The position numbers and the translations under genes are program-made. Source: Trichoplax adhaerens (Eukaryota; Animalia; Placozoa). Taken from it: a stretch of 64,000 bases of DNA. Of this stretch, positions 52,875-64,000 are shown in pieces; the first letter of the stretch is position 1, and each line of letters starts with the position of its first letter. The notes beneath the pieces are model-generated. The model was not told where the DNA came from, did not search any database, and saw nothing but the letters and a program-made list of their open reading frames with translations. The stretch is from the NCBI RefSeq assembly GCF_000150275.1, contig NW_002060948.1, positions 1,263,983 to 1,327,982 of the forward strand, written 5' to 3'.

Positions 52875-53990
52875 ACTTGCCGAATGTTGTATATTTGTGG
52901 ACTAAAGTATGTAGTCTAACGTTACAATCGCGTGGTAACATAATGATACGATTGTTATTGTATTTATCATCCTAATCTGCATGCGTACAATATTAATTTA
53001 TTACTTATAATTATATTATTATTCCAGAACCTGTATGCAACAAGTCTAAATATATATATGATAATTTATGCGGTGATTTTTCAGGAGTATTGAAATAACC
53101 AATTATATTTATTGTAATTAATATTTTTTGGATACAAATGAAACTTTCTGAATGATAATTATCACTTGTGTTGCTTAATCTATATAAATTCACTTAAAGC
53201 CCGAAGTCAGTTGAAACTTTTTTTCTCTTGATTATTATTGGACTCAGCTTCGATAATTATAATAAGTACTGCCGTCCTGATACATTATAACTCCTAAATT
53301 GTACAGTATACGACTACGTTGTTAACTTTCAAAATGGAAATGATTGAAATCTGATTTGATACACGTATACCATCATGTTATCGATCATACCAACTGAAAC
53401 TTATAATATTATGTTTGTACTTCACGCTAGTGTACCATTTTATTCTATTAGTAAGTAATTTGTGGATATTGCTCGTGGTAGAAGTAAGATAATTACGCAT
53501 ATTGTGTAAATCTATATAATTTGTACAGCTTATAACAAATTAAAATGCTTTGTAATTATGAGTCTTGTTAATCGATTTGGTTCGGAAAATATGTAGTAAT
53601 ATTTTACATCATTAAATAAATTAAATACGGAAGCTCACAGCGATGGTGAAAAATTTTCTCGAAACTTCTCATATTGATGATTGGCATGGATAACTACGGC
53701 TTTAAATTTCACATAGATCATTTTGCCGTGCTATGCATATTGCACAGTCCTATTATCATTAATTACGTATATCATTCCGTGCGCTATGGCGCTAAAAATA
53801 TTGATCAATATCAGCAACCATACCCTTTAAATTAAAATTTAATTTATCAACTTAATGTATCATGAAAGATAGAATTCAGCCAGCGATTAGAATTACGATA
53901 GTATATTTGGAATTAGTCCATTGTTATGACGATTACTTGATGTTATCTATCAAATCTACTTTATCATTCATGAACAATAACTTCATGACT

Positions 53991-59962
<5,972 letters not shown>

Positions 59963-60585
59963 GGTGAATGGTTATAATTTGTGCTACACTATGCAGGGCG
60001 CGTAAAATTGGCAATTAGCCGATTTCGGATAGGTACGTATCCACTGGTATTGGTAGAATCAAGGATATTTGAAGTCTTTTTGCTAATTTTAAGCTGTCAC
60101 CAGGCTATTCCAACAACATGAAAAGCATTCTCAGGCTTCACAACCCTAGTATAATTTGGAAATAAGTTGATCCGGTGAGCCCATATAAACTGGCCAACAT
60201 TAAGTAAGATCTTAATTATTGTATTACTGGTATAATAAAATCATCATACCTGACAAGCTCCTCATCCAGCTTGAGCTCGCAAATGTTAGAGTACAGTCAA
60301 TTGCTCTTTCTTCGATCAAGCCACAAGCTTGTCCCGAGGAATCCCAAGTTGATCTATATCCTACTGTAGTACTGTACGTATACGCTATACACTACGATTA
60401 ATCTTAAGATTGCTATAAATATTAGCAGTTACTTCAACTTACATGACATAAATCGATAGGAGATCATGAATTAATTAATCCTTCCAATAATTAATTCGAT
60501 CAGAGTAATTTCAAGTGTGCGCTGCAGTCTCTAGGGGTGGCCACAGAGCAAAATTTCAGCTCGAAGTCCGATTGTTCAGCCACGT

Positions 60586-60812
60586 GACTGTACAGTGTAC
60601 AGTACAGCACGGTACAGTAATGACTGTAAGCGGGTGATACCAGGTATGTACTGTACAGTACAGTGTACAGTACAGTGTACAGTGTACGGTATGTATTTTA
60701 CAGTCTTCAGTCCGGCCTATTGTACACTGTACACTGTGAGTGGACAGTACACATTACCAACTTGGTCAAGGTCTTCCAGTAACTCTTGTACTGTTCTGTA
60801 TGACTACAGTAT
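60586..60812. repeat. TACAGTA/TACAGTG array in the PEX6/ERCC2 divergent promoter
   Basis: gactgtacagtgtacagtacagcacggtacagta...tactgtacagtacagtgtacagtacagtgtacagtgtacggta. Confidence 0.9.
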
Positions 60813-61004
60813 CTCACCACTACCCTGGTGTTATTAGTGGTATACTGGCTGGAAGCTTGATAGCTGCTGATGGCCCAGGTCTAAATGCAAAATTACATCA
60901 ATAACTGCCAATATTTCACCGGATATTCAACGTTACACAGCAGCGATTTGTCTAGTTTTCCAATTCAGCCCTCAAAACGTCAAAGATTAGGCTAAATTTA
61001 TATC

Positions 61005-64000
61005 ATGAAGTAAGCAAGAATCACGAATTCAACGTATTTATGATATAGTGTTAAGACGAGATGTATGGGTATTTACAATTGTTTGCTACAGAACGATACT
61101 GTCATGGTTATTATCAATAGAATTCAATTCCACGAGGCAATAGCATCATTTACGGACTCTAATATTAGTGCATAGCAAACCATTATCGTTAATAGGATGA
61201 TTGCCATAACCGTATTGATATTTAAAAATTGTAATCTGAAGAATAGTACGTGCAATTGTTACAAGTAGCCAATCAATAGAGAATCTTTGCTATGCTGGAA
61301 GCGTGCATAGCTGCATTAAATGAAATAGCTGCTGAAGGATAATTGCCAGTTGTAGCATCAAAATAGTTTCTGCAATTACAGACCAGTACTAACATGCAGA
61401 ATTTCTAGTCTACCATTTGTCATATAGTCTACTGCTACAGTAAAAATTAGAGATCCTCTCTATTAACAATCATAGTAGGAATAGGATTGCAGGTCAGAAA
61501 AAAGTCAAGTGTAGTGTTCATCAGTAACTAATTAATATTAACTTAATCTACTACTACAGTTAGAATACTATTGCGAACGTTTGATATCAACTTACTAATC
61601 CATCATACCATTACAATAATTAATTACAGGCGGAAAATACGCTAGCAATCTGAATGATAAATTCCTTTACACTAAATAAGTTATATAGAATCTCCTAAAA
61701 GTAATGCATGTCCACGACTTTTGATAAGCTTATAATGATATCAGTCAAATACCGATATATGTATTTTGTGCTAAATTTGTTAATAAAATCTATTACAGGT
61801 TGAATATTGATGGCTTATTGGTCTATTTTCCCTATGATTATATCTATCCTGAACAATACTCATATATGTGTGAGCTCAAGCGAGCTCTTGATGCAAAGGT
61901 TAATATTGTTTACTATTATCTATCATAATATTACACTAAACATTCATTATGCTAACTGAACTCATCATCAACTACTTCAATATATTAAACTCTCAAGATA
62001 AAGTTGCAACCAATAAAACCATTTAGACATATAAATGGTAGCAATAGGAAGAAAAGTAGCTAAAAATTTAAATCATATCACTGCAATAATTTGACACTAG
62101 TATTTACTTATATATCATCGAATTATGTCACCATTACGATCTGATTTGATATTGAAATAAAGGATCAGAATAGGGTATGATTGTAACTTAATAATTAGCA
62201 GCGAAAGTTAACGAAAAAATATCCCTAAAAGGGATATTGTAATGGATGCTACAAGTATATCTTTTTCATTGTAGCATCCATGTACTGTTATCTAGCTTTA
62301 TGATTGGATTCAGATCTTGGTAGAAGCATTGTGCTACTTAAACTATGTTTATTTTTACATCATGCGACCTTCATCGTCTGGTAAAGTTATAAAACAAAAG
62401 TTTTACTATAAAAATACATATTAAAATAACTACTCTAGGAATCCAATGCTTACAATTTAATGTTAAAACGTGTATACAGTAATTATTTTTACTTTTGTAA
62501 TATGTTTATAGAAATTCTATTACTATCAACTACTGTATATATTTCGTATGTTAACCATTTTCAAATCCTGTTAATTCGCTATGCAACTCTCTATCCTTAC
62601 TATGCAAAGTGGTCTCTTTAATGCCAATATTTATTTCTAATATTTAAATTATAAATACTAGTTCATTGCCCACCACCTTGATGGCGGTAACTCATACCTA
62701 GCAGTAATTATAATTTCATGCGTACATTTTAGGAATTCAGTTTCGGTTACATTACTACGTAAAACAACATAATACGTACACTAATACAAAAAAGAGCGTG
62801 ATATCATATATACATAATACAGTACAGTATAGTGCAGTTGTTATAAATATTTCATAATCTATCAAAATGTTTTATAATAAGTGGTATAGATCCTTACATG
62901 TTAGAATTACTTATTTATAGCAGTATACAGTATAATTTTAAATTAAATCTCTAGTTTAACTAATTCTATACTCTAATTATAGGGCCACTGCGCTTTGGAG
63001 ATGCCTTCAGGGACTGGTAAAACTATATCCCTATTATCTTTAATTATAGCATATCAAAAGGTATAAATTGTTTCAGTAAATATACAACAACTTGTTAAGA
63101 ACTTCTACATCATTATTTTAGCAATTTCTCACGTAACATGACCACAACCTAACTTTCACAGTATGGTAATAATTTAATGAATTACAAATTTATTTAAGGG
63201 AATCTCAATTTTGATCACTATAATCTCAGATCGTATTAATGGCGTTCAATTTTTCCTTGATATAGGTTTATCCGTTGCATATCACCAAATTAATATATTG
63301 TTCACGTACAGTACCAGAAATTGAGAAGGTAAATCTTGTAATCGTTCTTTCAATCATTTCTTTGACGTGTGAAATTTCAAATGCTTGTACAATTGGACAA
63401 CTAATTCATTTTGTTGGACATAAAGAATAACTTTTATTCTTAATATGCTTTCCAGGCGTTGGAAGAAATGAAAATTCTTCTCGAATACTACGAGAAACAA
63501 ACCGGAGAAAAACAGAAATTTCTTGGACTAGGTCTTAGTGCTCGTAAGAATCTTTGTATACACCCAGAGGTAGGCTACCACGCTAAAACTGTTGCTTTAT
63601 GTACTAACTTTAGAGGGAATTAGTAATTAGTATTTCATTTGCAGATCAGCAAAGAACGTGATGGTAAGGTTGTTGATGGCAGATGTCTTGGTTTAACTGC
63701 ATCTTATGTACGTAGAAACCATCAACAAGATCGATCAGTAGAAGTTTGCAGCTTTTTTGAGGTATATTATTTCTAATTGCAATCTTCCATGTATTCAGTA
63801 AAGAAATTAGGTTAATGATTATATATAATTGTATGCGATTTATATAACAAAATATTTATCAAATTATGTGGCTTCTCTGATAACATTATAGAAATTTGAT
63901 ACATTTGGTCGAGACTCTGTTTTACCTCCTGGAGTCTATAACCTGGTAAGATTTCTTAGTTGTATACTTTTCTGCACTAAATCTTATCAAATGGTAATAA
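61005..64000 (+). CDS. ERCC2: TFIIH helicase XPD, 5' part (continues beyond the window)
   Basis: Exons 61005-61009, 61799-61898, 62983-63060, 63266-63328, 63456-63569, 63645-63761 and 63892-63945 encode [25 protein letters not shown]...[21 protein letters not shown]...[13 protein letters not shown]...[12 protein letters not shown]...DGRC...C.FFE (Fe-S cysteines). Confidence 0.98.

Noticed and set aside
60061-60069. U12-type 5' splice site (ATATCCTTG, minus strand) upstream of PEX6
   Set aside because: Imperfect consensus and no TCCTTAAC branch point downstream.

Overview
AT-rich, intron-dense animal genomic DNA with short GT-AG introns and one N gap. The compact introns, base composition and human-like intron positions suggest a placozoan (Trichoplax-like) genome, but that is inference. 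There are ten protein-coding loci, in order: GNPAT (-, runs off the left edge), RCE1 (+), CCDC170-like (-), TADA2B (+), a 9-Ig PTK7/off-track receptor pseudokinase (-, with apparent frameshifts), an uncharacterised Ser-rich multi-exon gene (-), a solo Harbinger-type Myb/SANT-like gene (-), a near-intronless divergent ACOT7-like thioesterase (+), PEX6 (-) and ERCC2/XPD (+, runs off the right edge). The most unusual non-genic signal is a pervasive TACAGTA/TACTGTA motif that builds mixed-orientation arrays in all three compact head-to-head promoters and upstream of PTK7. It matches the canonical Tc1/mariner (Sleeping Beauty-type) excision footprint, and one tandem-repeat copy differs from its siblings by exactly a CTGTA insertion at a TA. 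This suggests stacked transposon excision scars with no element left in the window. All family calls come from manual translation and remembered motifs; no database searches were run.
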